Shown here: piece by piece, positions 37,488 to 46,722 of the stretch
Layout: every line of letters starts with the position of its first letter
Position numbering within the stretch: the first letter of the stretch is position 1
From: a bacterium
Lineage (GTDB): Bacteria; Verrucomicrobiota; Verrucomicrobiia; Opitutales; Opitutaceae
Direction: 5' to 3'
Assembly: GCA_010027235.1 (NCBI GenBank)
Contig: RGVP01000001.1
Location: forward strand, 573-64,572
Length of the DNA stretch: 64,000 bases
The notes under the pieces: generated by a model
The model's input: the letters and a program-made list of their open reading frames with translations, nothing else
Told to the model about the DNA's origin: nothing
Database searches by the model: none
Made by a program: the position numbers and the translations under genes

Positions 37488-37626
37488 TAACTTATACCCC
37501 AAACGTTGACTTATCTAGCTTAGTCGATCCGGATTCGCTAGATTTCCGTTACTTAAGTCGCTGAATATTGAGCTTTAGCGATTTTATTTAGCCCTGCCTA
37601 GCAGCAGAACAACTTCTTACCCAGCT

Positions 37627-38706
37627 TTAATTTAGAGTGGAATGTGGTTCTGTGTTAGCGGTGCGAGCGGGCGGCTTTAGTTGGATCAATACATTGGCGG
37701 TCGTGATAAGTCCTCCGCCGACTAATAACGTCCAAGTAGCGGTTTCATTTGGATACTCAACGGCTGCCCATACAGAGAAGAGTGCCGGTAAAAACAGCGC
37801 TAGGAGTGAACCGAAAATCGGCTCAGCACAATACACCAAGCCAGCTTCAGTGGCGCTTATCTTTGGTTGCCATGCATTCATCAAACCATAGGCCCCGACT
37901 GTGCACACCAGGGTAAGCAGCAAGGTAAGGGCTATCCACGGCCCTGAAGACCAAGGGGCCGCGAGCGCGGCAGACATTCCTGTAGCGGGGGCTAGTCCGA
38001 GCAGTAGAGACGTGTAAATCCCCGTCTGAGTAGTGAACATAGCCAACGAGAGGCGGGCAGGGCGGTTGCCTGCGAATTCAGGGCGCTCCAGCCAAAGTAT
38101 CTGGCCCATGAAAAAGGTCGAAGCAATCAGGGTCTCAATCTCGCCACGGCCCATGTGAAAGTCGCTCCAGCTAAAGCGGCCTAGCACGGCCACGCCGGCG
38201 AGCACCAGCGCACAAGAAATCCATACTAAGTATTCCGGACCGCGCCGAGCCCGCCAAGCGACGTAAATCGGGATCAGAATAGCATAGAATTGAGTCAAGA
38301 ATGCCGACGTCGAGGCGGCCGTGTATTGCATGCCGTCACATTGGAAAAGCATCCCTGCAGTCGAAAATAGGCCGATCACTCCGCCCTGTATCCACTCACC
38401 GCTTCGGATGTCACCTGCAAGCAAGGCTCGCCATTGCCAGACGGCTAAAAGAAACGCGCCAAGCGCAAACCGAGGCACCAGCACGTAAGTAGTCACGAAC
38501 CAAGAGCTGGCTGTAGAATCGACTCTAGTGTGTATCAGCATCAGGGTTTTAATTAACGGAAAACTGAGTCCCCAGAACGCTGTTGCCAGAACTAGCATGG
38601 CGATCGCCTGCGAGCGGTTGGTGGTGCGTAAAGCGTCGGAAGCTGGCATCATGGGTCCAAGGTGTCGGCGCCTAATCACGCGCTCCAGCGCAATATCACG
38701 GGTCAT
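37627..38706 (-). CDS. EamA/DMT-superfamily transporter
   Basis: About 10 predicted TM helices in two EamA-like halves (AMLVLATAFWGLSFPLIK...). The start is uncertain, with several in-frame Met codons near the N-terminus. Confidence 0.8.
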   Translation of the reverse strand: MTRDIALERVIRRRHLGPMMPASDALRTTNRSQAIAMLVLATAFWGLSFPLIKTLMLIHTRVDSTASSWFVTTYVLVPRFALGAFLLAVWQWRALLAGDIRSGEWIQGGVIGLFSTAGMLFQCDGMQYTAASTSAFLTQFYAILIPIYVAWRARRGPEYLVWISCALVLAGVAVLGRFSWSDFHMGRGEIETLIASTFFMGQILWLERPEFAGNRPARLSLAMFTTQTGIYTSLLLGLAPATGMSAALAAPWSSGPWIALTLLLTLVCTVGAYGLMNAWQPKISATEAGLVYCAEPIFGSLLALFLPALFSVWAAVEYPNETATWTLLVGGGLITTANVLIQLKPPARTANTEPHSTLN

Positions 38707-38784
38707 AGTCGGAGCGCTTCCACTGGTGACCCCTCGGCGCGAACCGAGCTCGACTGCAACTCGGCTTCAGGCCTTAAATAAGAC

Positions 38785-39786
38785 GTGATCGCCTCTGTTG
38801 CTTTCCGGAATTTCAAGGCGCTCCGTTCTGCCCGGATCGAGCTCTCACCGTTTAACCTCGTAATCGGGCCAAACGGTTCAGGCAAAACTAGCCTAATCCA
38901 AGCGGTGTTGCGCCTCCGCACGCTTGCGCGACTACCGATGTCGCAAGCAGCTACTGAAAGTGATAGAGATTCCGCTCAGATCGCTTTCCGGTTTAATCCG
39001 CCCCACGATGGAATTGAAGCGACGCTGACTTGTCGTGATGAGGAAAGCTGTGACCTCTTGCAGTTGACGCCCAGCATCGTTGCTCGAGAGCTGAATGATT
39101 GGTCGGTATTACGGGCCCGCCTCCTTACTGCCCGCGCTTACTTGCTAGATTCTAGGTCAATAGTCCGTCCAGTTCAGGCGGGCGCTTCCCACGAGCTCGC
39201 ATCCGACGGCAGCAATCTGACCGCCTGCCTCGCGGCACTGCGCGAGACTTCGCCCGAAGCCTTTGCCGGACTGCGCGCAGAATTGCTGCAGCTTTTCCCT
39301 GAATATGCCGATCTCGTGATTGATACCAACCGCAGCACCTTTGCGCTTCGCCTTACGGGCGGAGGGTCGCCCGTCTTGGTGCCTGCCGATGAAGTTTCGC
39401 AAGGCACGCTCTACGTCCTAGCCTTGCTCGCCTTGGCTCATGATCCCGTGCCGCCTGCAATTGTCTGCCTGGAGGAGCTTGATCGCGGTATCCATCCGCG
39501 CCTTCTGCGCGGTGTCCGTGATGTGCTTTACCGCCTGACTCACCCCGCTGACTACGGTCATATGCGCGCGCCGGTGCAAGTGATCGCCACCACGCATTCG
39601 CCCCAATTGCTCGATCTTTTTCGAGATCACCCCGAGGAGATTGTGATCGCGGATAAACATGGTCGTGCGGCCACTTTTGCCCGGCTCTCAGAGCGAGCTG
39701 ATTTGACCGAACTCTTGGCCGACGGAGGCACGCTTGGAGACCTCTGGTATTCCGGTATTCTTGGCGGAGTGCCCGAGGCGACATGA
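38785..39786 (+). CDS. ABC/SMC-like AAA_21-type ATPase (OLD/AriA/AbiLi-like)
   Basis: GTG start with an in-frame TAA two codons upstream. N-terminus MIASVAFRNFKALRSARIELSPFNLVIGPNGSGKTSLIQAVL (Walker A), then SQGTLYVLALL, Walker B IVCLEELDRGIHP and H-loop VIATTHSPQLL. Confidence 0.8.
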   Translation: MIASVAFRNFKALRSARIELSPFNLVIGPNGSGKTSLIQAVLRLRTLARLPMSQAATESDRDSAQIAFRFNPPHDGIEATLTCRDEESCDLLQLTPSIVARELNDWSVLRARLLTARAYLLDSRSIVRPVQAGASHELASDGSNLTACLAALRETSPEAFAGLRAELLQLFPEYADLVIDTNRSTFALRLTGGGSPVLVPADEVSQGTLYVLALLALAHDPVPPAIVCLEELDRGIHPRLLRGVRDVLYRLTHPADYGHMRAPVQVIATTHSPQLLDLFRDHPEEIVIADKHGRAATFARLSERADLTELLADGGTLGDLWYSGILGGVPEAT

Positions 39787-40466
39787 ACGCGAAGTGTCTG
39801 CGTCTGGCCCTAATGGGCGAATCCTTGGTGGATGAAGCCGCGCTCGCCATCCTTGTTGAAGCTGTTCTTGGGCGTTCCTTCATTCAGGTTCAGCCCGGAT
39901 TGCGGGCGCGTGGTTGGCCTTCCGTGCTTCAGATTCTTCCGGCGGTCGCTCGCCACCTCCATTTCAACACTGATGCTGACGCCTTAGTTGTTCTTGTTGA
40001 TGCGGACGACACCGAGCCGCATGGTGCCCACCACGAGGTTCCAGGTTATTTCCATCCTCGCTGCCGACTCTGCCAACTTCGGGCGGTTTTTCGGCGCGCA
40101 ACCCGCCATCTCCCACCTGCGCGCGGCCGAGATCGCATGCTCCGCGCAGTCGGGTTAGCTGTTCCTGCCGCTGAGGCTTGGTATCTCTGTGGTAACGATG
40201 AGACGGTCGGCGAAGCTGCTTGGGTAGCGGGCCGCGTAACTGGCCGGGCACCCTACACCCGCCGCGAGCTCAAGGCTCGGGTCTATGGCACTGAACGGCC
40301 TAACCTTGCCCAAGCTGTAGTTGGAGCCACGGCAGCGGCTCGGCGTCATGCTCGCGACCCAGGTCGGCTTGAGCACGACTTTCCAGGTTTTGCGGCGCTC
40401 GCTACCGACCTTCGCAGCTGGCAATTCAAACTATCGGAAGCCGAATCGAGCTGCATCCCTGCCTAA
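39783..40466 (+). CDS. Toprim-like / DUF4276-like protein, partner of the upstream ATPase
   Basis: Its ATG overlaps the ATPase stop (ATGA). It has LALMGESLVDEAAL (Glu13), ALVVLVDADDTEP (Asp73/75/76) and AAEAWYL. This order of acidic motifs is as I recall it for Toprim/DUF4276/RloB-type domains. The family assignment is from memory. Confidence 0.55.
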   Translation: MNAKCLRLALMGESLVDEAALAILVEAVLGRSFIQVQPGLRARGWPSVLQILPAVARHLHFNTDADALVVLVDADDTEPHGAHHEVPGYFHPRCRLCQLRAVFRRATRHLPPARGRDRMLRAVGLAVPAAEAWYLCGNDETVGEAAWVAGRVTGRAPYTRRELKARVYGTERPNLAQAVVGATAAARRHARDPGRLEHDFPGFAALATDLRSWQFKLSEAESSCIPA

Positions 40467-40480
40467 TTTCCTCTCCCTCC

Positions 40481-42700
40481 ATGCGCGCCCAGTATGCACC
40501 GTGGTATATCGCCACTCCCCTTCGTTGGTTGGCCCACTGTCTCTACCGAGTTCATTCGCTTCACGTCGTTAGGTTACCCGCAGGTGGAGCTCTTCTACTG
40601 GCCAATCACTTGTCCTATGTTGATGTAGTTGTGCTCCAGCTCGCTTGTCCGCGGCCGATACGCTTTGTGGGCCACGAAAACCTAATGGCGGCACACTGGC
40701 TTTTTCGGCTCGTTTTCCGCCTCACCGGCACGATCCCGGTTTCACGTAACAATGCGCTTGGTGCTACCCGTAGCGTGGTGGACTGCCTTGGAAGGGGGGA
40801 ATACGTTCTCGTATTTCCCGAAGGCGCAATTTCGCGCACCGGCCAAGTGATGCAGCTAGAGCGTGGCTTTGAACTCATGGCGCGACTCGCTGGCGTGCCC
40901 GTGGTGCCGGTTTACCATGACGGTCTTTGGGGCTCTGTTTTTTCCTTCTCCGGTAACGCCTACGTTTTCAAATCCCCACGTTTAATGCCGACGCCGGTGA
41001 CGGTGGTTTGGGGTGAGCCCATCCCTTCACGGCAAGCGGACACGGCGACGGTGCGGGCTGCCTTGCTGGAGCTAGGGGCGGAAGCTTTTTCCGCCCATCC
41101 CCAGTTACGACGTCATTTGGCCACCGAAGTAATTCGGGCGCTGGCTAAACGACCGGGGAGAATTGAGATTATCGATCGCACCTACACTCGCAGGAAAGTA
41201 TCTGCCGCCGGCTTGTTGGCGACGGCGGCTGCGCTCTCGCGTCACCTGCGCCGGACTGTGCGCGAGAAACGAATCGGCATCGTGCTGCCGCCAGGGGGAG
41301 CGGCGACCATCGCCAACCTCGCGGTGCTTTGTGCGGGAAAAATTCCGGTCAACCTAAACTTCACCACCAGTCGTCCGGCTCTTGAGGCCAGTCTGCGTAT
41401 CGCCGATATCCACACCATTCTCACGGCTGACACGCTGAGGACAAAAATACGTGAATTCCCTTGGACCGAGGACACTAGGGATTTCTCTGCTACCTTGGAC
41501 GCGGCAGGTGGTAAACGGGCCGTCCTGCCTTGGTTTATCGCTACCTGGTTGCTGCCAAATCAGTGCCTGCCTTTCCTGCTCGGCTTGCCGTCTACCGGGG
41601 GCGATACTGAGGCAGGGCTGTTGTTCACCAGTGGTAGCTCGGGGGAACCCAAGGGGGTGGTGCTCACCCATCGGAACCTAATCGGAAATTGCCGCCAGAT
41701 TTCATCGCTCGCCATTTTGCCGGACACGGCAGTGATGCTGGGCTGCCTGCCGCCTTTCCATAGTTTTGGCTTCACCGTCACGATTTGGTATCCGCTATTG
41801 CGAGGTTGCCGGGTGGTGACGGTGCCGAGCGCCTTGGAATCCCGCCGTATCCTGGATGCGATTCGCGAGGAGGCCTGCACCGTCTGGGTTGCAGCCCCTA
41901 CTTTTGTCCGGCCGGTTTTAAACAAGGCACAACGGCGTGATCTGCGGACGCTTGAGGTGCTTGTATCAGGGGCGGAGAAGCTCCCAGAAGATCTAGCGGC
42001 ACTGGCACGGGAGAAATTTCATCTGGAAATCATGCAGGGGTATGGCTCAACGGAGACCTCGCCTGTCGTCTCGGTAAACCAGCCTGATCCACCGGTAACA
42101 ACTGGCACGGGAGAGGCGCAGCGCGGGCAGTGCCCCGGCTCTGTTGGTAGGATGCTGCCTGGCATGGCCGCGCGTTTGTTGGATCCAGTAACCCTAGCCC
42201 CGTTGCCGATTACAGCCAGCGGGTTGGTCGTCATGCGTGGCGCCAACGTCTTTAACGGCTACTTACTGGACCCGGAGCGCTCGGCCCAGGCCTTTCATGA
42301 GGGCTGGTTCATCACTGGTGATTTTGGCCGATTTGATGAGGCTGGATTCCTCTGGATCGAAGGCAGACTATCGCGTTTTTCTAAAATTGGTGGCGAGATG
42401 GTGCCGCATGGAACCATCGAGGAAAAGCTGATTGAGCTTTGCTTAGCGAGTGTAACTGCGGAGGGGGAAACCTACCCCGTATTCATTACCGGTGTGCCTG
42501 ACGCACACAAAGGGGAGGCACTCGTCTTGCTCACCGTTCGAGCGGAACTCACAGCGGAGCTAATCCGAGAAAAACTAGCGGCCGCGGGAGTGCCTAATCT
42601 TTGGATACCCCGTATTGTAAAGAAGGTGGAAACCATCCCCGTGCTCGGAACAGGAAAAATTGATCTTAAGGCCGCTCGAGTTCTCGCCGCTGGACCTTGA
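40481..42700 (+). CDS. aas: Bifunctional acyltransferase / acyl-ACP (AMP-forming) synthetase, Aas-like
   Basis: N-terminal PlsC-type HX4D motif (ANHLSYVDVVV, VFPEGAISRTG). The C-terminal adenylate-forming domain has LLFTSGSSGEPKGVVLTHRNL, GYGSTETS and GWFITGDFG, with GTGKID at the end. Confidence 0.8.
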   Translation: MRAQYAPWYIATPLRWLAHCLYRVHSLHVVRLPAGGALLLANHLSYVDVVVLQLACPRPIRFVGHENLMAAHWLFRLVFRLTGTIPVSRNNALGATRSVVDCLGRGEYVLVFPEGAISRTGQVMQLERGFELMARLAGVPVVPVYHDGLWGSVFSFSGNAYVFKSPRLMPTPVTVVWGEPIPSRQADTATVRAALLELGAEAFSAHPQLRRHLATEVIRALAKRPGRIEIIDRTYTRRKVSAAGLLATAAALSRHLRRTVREKRIGIVLPPGGAATIANLAVLCAGKIPVNLNFTTSRPALEASLRIADIHTILTADTLRTKIREFPWTEDTRDFSATLDAAGGKRAVLPWFIATWLLPNQCLPFLLGLPSTGGDTEAGLLFTSGSSGEPKGVVLTHRNLIGNCRQISSLAILPDTAVMLGCLPPFHSFGFTVTIWYPLLRGCRVVTVPSALESRRILDAIREEACTVWVAAPTFVRPVLNKAQRRDLRTLEVLVSGAEKLPEDLAALAREKFHLEIMQGYGSTETSPVVSVNQPDPPVTTGTGEAQRGQCPGSVGRMLPGMAARLLDPVTLAPLPITASGLVVMRGANVFNGYLLDPERSAQAFHEGWFITGDFGRFDEAGFLWIEGRLSRFSKIGGEMVPHGTIEEKLIELCLASVTAEGETYPVFITGVPDAHKGEALVLLTVRAELTAELIREKLAAAGVPNLWIPRIVKKVETIPVLGTGKIDLKAARVLAAGP

Positions 42701-42730
42701 GAATTGCCTACACTGTTTTTAGGCGCCGGT

Positions 42731-44152
42731 TTATTGCGCCATCTTGGCAACCTTGTATTCCTTGGGCTTCTCACCCTTGGGTAAAGCCAGCAGGTCGTAG
42801 TCACGGGCGCCGGTGATGAGCACATTGGCGAACTCGCCGACAGGGAGGTTGCGTGGCACATAGACGCGACCATCGATGTCAGGCGCATCCGCCTCGCCCC
42901 GGGCGACACCAGGTTCCTCGACGAGGACGCGGAGGGTTTTGCCGACGAAACGTTCGCTCACTTCGGCAGCGATCTCGCGCTGAAGTGACATGGTGCGGCG
43001 GTAGCGGGCGTCCTTCAGCTTAGTGGCGAGTTGCTCCTCCATCTTTGCCGCTTTAGTGCCCTCTTCTTGAGAATAGCGGAACACGCCAAGGCGCTCGAAT
43101 TTTGTCTCCTGGATAAATCTGCATAACTCTTCGACGTCGTCCTCGGTCTCGCCGGGAAAGCCGACAATGAACGTAGTGCGCACGGCGATACCAGGAATGC
43201 CTGCCCGGATGTGGCCAATTAGGTTCCGAATGTATTGGCCGGAGGTCTCGCGTTGCATCCGGCCGAGCATGTGGTCGCTGATGTGTTGGAGCGGAATGTC
43301 GATGTAGCGGGCTACTTTGGGACATTCGGCGATGGTCTTGATTAACTCGTCGGACCAGTGGGCCGGATGAGTATAAAGCAGGCGGATCCAGAAGTCGCCC
43401 GGGATAGCGTTGAGTTGCCGGAGCAGGGTGGTGAGCGCGGTGCCGCGGGAAGAATCGACGGGCGAGCGCGGGTTGGGCCTCTGTTCCCAAGTATCCATGC
43501 CAAAGTAGGTTGTATCTTGGGAGATTAGATTGATCTCCTTTACGCCCTCGGCGACGAGCTGACGGGCCTCGGCGACGACGCTCTCAACCGAGCGGGAACG
43601 ATGGCGGCCGCGGATCTGGGGTATGATGCAGAATGCGCAGGGGTGATTGCAGCCCTCGGCTATCTTGATGTAAGCGAAATGCTTCGGGGTAAGACGGAAG
43701 CGGGGCGTGTCATAATCGGGTATGTAGGTGCTCCGACCCTCAATGAAATTCTGAGGTGCTTCGCCCTTGGCGCGCTTTACCCCGGTCAGCTCTTCGATGA
43801 TGGGACCGACGCGAGTGATCTGGTCGAGACCGATGAAGGCGTCTACTTCTGGCAGTTCTTTCGGCAATTCCTTGGAAAAGCGCTGCGACATGCAGCCGGC
43901 GACAATCAGCTTTTGACCGGCGCGGCGCTTCTTCATGCCTCGAGCCTCGTGGGCCTCCAAGATATGATTGATCGACTCCTCCTTGGACGAATCGATGAAC
44001 GAGCAGGTATTTACGATAACGACGTCTGCTTGGTCTTGGTCGGGGACCACTTGCATGCCGGCTTGATGGAGGTGACCGACCATGATCTCGCTATCGACGA
44101 GATTCTTGGCGCAACCGAGGGAGACGAGGGAAACTTTGACTACCGAGCTCAT
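42731..44152 (-). CDS. rimO: Ribosomal protein S12 methylthiotransferase RimO
   Basis: N-terminus KVSLVSLGCAKNLVDSEIM, radical-SAM motif CNHPCAFC, and a C-terminal TRAM domain. Confidence 0.9.
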   Translation of the reverse strand: MSSVVKVSLVSLGCAKNLVDSEIMVGHLHQAGMQVVPDQDQADVVIVNTCSFIDSSKEESINHILEAHEARGMKKRRAGQKLIVAGCMSQRFSKELPKELPEVDAFIGLDQITRVGPIIEELTGVKRAKGEAPQNFIEGRSTYIPDYDTPRFRLTPKHFAYIKIAEGCNHPCAFCIIPQIRGRHRSRSVESVVAEARQLVAEGVKEINLISQDTTYFGMDTWEQRPNPRSPVDSSRGTALTTLLRQLNAIPGDFWIRLLYTHPAHWSDELIKTIAECPKVARYIDIPLQHISDHMLGRMQRETSGQYIRNLIGHIRAGIPGIAVRTTFIVGFPGETEDDVEELCRFIQETKFERLGVFRYSQEEGTKAAKMEEQLATKLKDARYRRTMSLQREIAAEVSERFVGKTLRVLVEEPGVARGEADAPDIDGRVYVPRNLPVGEFANVLITGARDYDLLALPKGEKPKEYKVAKMAQ

Positions 44153-44193
44153 TGAGGAAAAGGGGAGAGGCGGAACGGCGAGTAGTGAAAACG

Positions 44194-44226
44194 AAAAACC
44201 GCGGCACTCGAAAGGGCCGCGGTTTT
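44194..44226 (-). terminator. Rho-independent terminator (stem CCGCGGC/GCCGCGG, U tract on the minus strand)
   Basis: The plus strand reads AAAAACCGCGGCACTCGAAAGGGCCGCGGTTTT. On the minus strand the stem is followed by TTTTTCGTTTT. It lies 19 nt after the stop of the 40-aa ORF. Confidence 0.75.
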
Positions 44227-44244
44227 AGGGAAGAGGATGGCCCC

Positions 44245-44367
44245 TTACTTCTTGGCCTTGGCGGGCTTCTTGGCGGAGGCGGCTGCTAGTTTAGCAGCCA
44301 CTTTCTTGCGCTTCAGGTAGGCGAGACGACGCTTCTTTTTGATACCTTTATTGTATTGTTGGCCCAT
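44245..44367 (-). CDS. Unannotated 40-aa lysine/arginine-rich protein (possible ribosome-associated small protein)
   Basis: Own translation: MGQQYNKGIKKKRRLAYLKRKKVAAKLAAASAKKPAKAKK*. It is below the ORF-track length cutoff. It is followed by a clean intrinsic terminator and lies on the same strand as the flanking genes. Confidence 0.5.
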   Translation of the reverse strand: MGQQYNKGIKKKRRLAYLKRKKVAAKLAAASAKKPAKAKK

Positions 44368-44427
44368 GGTGAGATTTGGTTAAAGGGTTAGAATCGCGAT
44401 AGTCGCGCGCAGGAGTCAAGCTGGGGT

Positions 44428-45468
44428 TTACAAATCCTCATCATCGGTGGAGGTTGGCGATTCGGATGCAGGCGGATCAATCAGCGGGATGGCGGCGGAT
44501 ACTTTACGACCGTCGTGGCTGAGGGTATACAGCGGCAGCGGAGGATCTTTGGCGAGGCGTTTGACGAGAGCGGGATTAGTTCGTTTCGCCAACTCAAGCC
44601 AATGTAGGCCAGACGCGTCGCAGGCTAGGAACCTAGCGTAGGGCTTGAATACCTCGGGGCGCCCAAGTAGGCGAGCGCTGGCTGCAGCGTGGAGCCCAGA
44701 GCCGGGGCGGGATTGGTTTTCCAGAACGAGGCAGGAGTAGGCTTGGCTGCGGAGGTCGAGGCCAGCCCGGTGAGCGAAACGGACCCAATCGGGAGAGTTT
44801 TGCACGCCTTGGGGCGGACTGGCAAAAAAATGGCACCAGTCGCGGGCGTTGGTTTCGGCAAAGAGCGGGCAATTTTCGCGGTGGGTGCAGGGCGCCACGA
44901 TTCGGTGGGCGCTGAGGAGTTCATCGCGCACGGCGGCAAGGGCGCGACCGTCGGCGTGGGTGCCTGGCTCCACCCAGAGCACAGCGGCGGCGCGGGTGGC
45001 GAGTGCCAGTAGCTCGGCACGGCCCTCTGAGGTGAGCTCATTGAGCACGTGGCTAACCACGAGGGTATAAGGCTCGGTTGGTTCTGGTGTGGTCTGAACT
45101 TTAAGCCCCGGAAATGTTACCCGGGCTCGAGCGGCCGCGAAAGTGACCGCTTCCGGGCTATGATCAAGGAGCGCGAGACTTGAAAAATGAGCAGCGCCAA
45201 AGGTATCTAACACGCGGCGACCGGCTACGCCTGATCCGCAGCCGAAATCCACTAACGTTGTGCCGGCGGGTGGTCGCCAAGCCCGGAGGCTGAGCTCGGC
45301 GAGGAGGGCGTCCCATTTCCAGCCGATGCGTTCTCCGTAGGTGGCGTCATAGGCGGCGAGGGCGGACTGGGTTTGCCAATACGGACCGGAAGCGGCCGCT
45401 TCTCGTGCGAGGAAAACGGCACGTAGGCGGTCGAGGGCGTCCCAGTCGAGGGCGGAGAGGTTAGGCAT
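44428..45468 (-). CDS. Class I SAM-dependent methyltransferase, Rsm22-like (tentative)
   Basis: SAM motif I LVDFGCGSGVAG, plus a downstream Cys/His cluster APCTHRENCPLF...DWCHFF that I associate with the Rsm22 family. Confidence 0.55.
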   Translation of the reverse strand: MPNLSALDWDALDRLRAVFLAREAAASGPYWQTQSALAAYDATYGERIGWKWDALLAELSLRAWRPPAGTTLVDFGCGSGVAGRRVLDTFGAAHFSSLALLDHSPEAVTFAAARARVTFPGLKVQTTPEPTEPYTLVVSHVLNELTSEGRAELLALATRAAAVLWVEPGTHADGRALAAVRDELLSAHRIVAPCTHRENCPLFAETNARDWCHFFASPPQGVQNSPDWVRFAHRAGLDLRSQAYSCLVLENQSRPGSGLHAAASARLLGRPEVFKPYARFLACDASGLHWLELAKRTNPALVKRLAKDPPLPLYTLSHDGRKVSAAIPLIDPPASESPTSTDDEDL

Positions 45469-45474
45469 GGCGGT

Positions 45475-46722
45475 TTAGGCAGTGAGATCGATGCCGAGAT
45501 GGCGCGCGAGCCGCTGCTCGCGTATGCCGTAGAAGGCCGCAAAGGCCCGAGTGCGGTCGAGCAGACGCGTGCGCTGGGCGGCGAAGCTTGGGTCGCCGAT
45601 GGCGTGGACGCGATGGGCGGCTATGAGCACATTTTTCGCGGTATGCTCGGTGGAGATGAACTCGAAGACCTTGGTGCGGAAACCGACGCATTCGAGCAAC
45701 TGCGCGCGCAGGGCGTCGGTCACAAATTCGGACTGACGCTCCTGAAAAATACCGTGTCTTAGGGCATCGGCGAGCACCACGGGTGGGGTGAGTTGGGGCC
45801 GCAGTTCCTTCTGGCAGCAGGGAGAGACGACGAGAAGGCGGGCGCCCGCGGTGAGCCCTGCGGCGAGGGCATCGTCGGTAGCAGTATCACACGCGTGGAG
45901 CGCGATCAATACGTCCAGCGGTTTCACCGGCGAAGGCGCCACTGGGATGTCCCCCTCGATGAAGCGAAGGTGGCTGGAAAAACCAGCATCGTTAGCGAGG
46001 CGATTTGCCGCGGCTACAAGCTCGGCGCGGCGTTCGAGGCCGGTGATTTCAGCGCCGGGGCCGAGCAGGGCGGCAAGGGCGAAGGTAAGGTAACCCTTGC
46101 CAGCACCCATGTCGGCGATGCGTAGGGGCGCTGCGTCGCGAATGGCCAGTGTATCGAGACCGGCTTCGGCGAGCAAGTCGCGGAGGAGTTCGGCGAACTT
46201 TTCGATCTGTCGAAACTTATGTGCCATTCCATCGCGGGGTTGACCGCGATTGTTGGTCACGCCGAGGGCGCGTAACCAAGGGGCGGTAGGATCGAGCACG
46301 CGGTGTTTGCTGCGGTCGTGCCCGGATGGGCGGATAGGTGGGGCCCCATCAATGGTGATTAGGCGGATACGGGCGGGGCGGGCGGCGTCGGCGTTTTGCT
46401 CGAGCTGGATGGTTTGCAGCGGGGTGAACAGGTGGGCGTCGAGAAAAGATTCGGCGAGCAGTCCGGCTAGCAGGACAGCGGCCTCGGCTGGCGGGAGGTT
46501 TTTCGTCACATCTCGGGTGGCGTGACGGAAAACGAGGCAGACCTGCGGGCCGGTTTTTAGCATCACAGGACGAGCAAAAACGTTGCGCAGCGTGAGGTCT
46601 GGCGCGAAGGGGCGAAGTTTACCGAGGGTGAGTTTCACTAGCGTGCCGTCCGCTAGGGCTGCACGCAGCAGGTTTAAAAAACGGTTAGTGGAGTCAGGCT
46701 GGGGCATGGAGGGCGGGTTCAT
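45475..46722 (-). CDS. SAM-dependent methyltransferase with an uncharacterised N-terminal domain
   Basis: Motif I IADMGAGKGYLTFALAALL and ALHACDTATDDAL. Its start overlaps the pabC stop. Confidence 0.6.
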   Translation of the reverse strand: MNPPSMPQPDSTNRFLNLLRAALADGTLVKLTLGKLRPFAPDLTLRNVFARPVMLKTGPQVCLVFRHATRDVTKNLPPAEAAVLLAGLLAESFLDAHLFTPLQTIQLEQNADAARPARIRLITIDGAPPIRPSGHDRSKHRVLDPTAPWLRALGVTNNRGQPRDGMAHKFRQIEKFAELLRDLLAEAGLDTLAIRDAAPLRIADMGAGKGYLTFALAALLGPGAEITGLERRAELVAAANRLANDAGFSSHLRFIEGDIPVAPSPVKPLDVLIALHACDTATDDALAAGLTAGARLLVVSPCCQKELRPQLTPPVVLADALRHGIFQERQSEFVTDALRAQLLECVGFRTKVFEFISTEHTAKNVLIAAHRVHAIGDPSFAAQRTRLLDRTRAFAAFYGIREQRLARHLGIDLTA

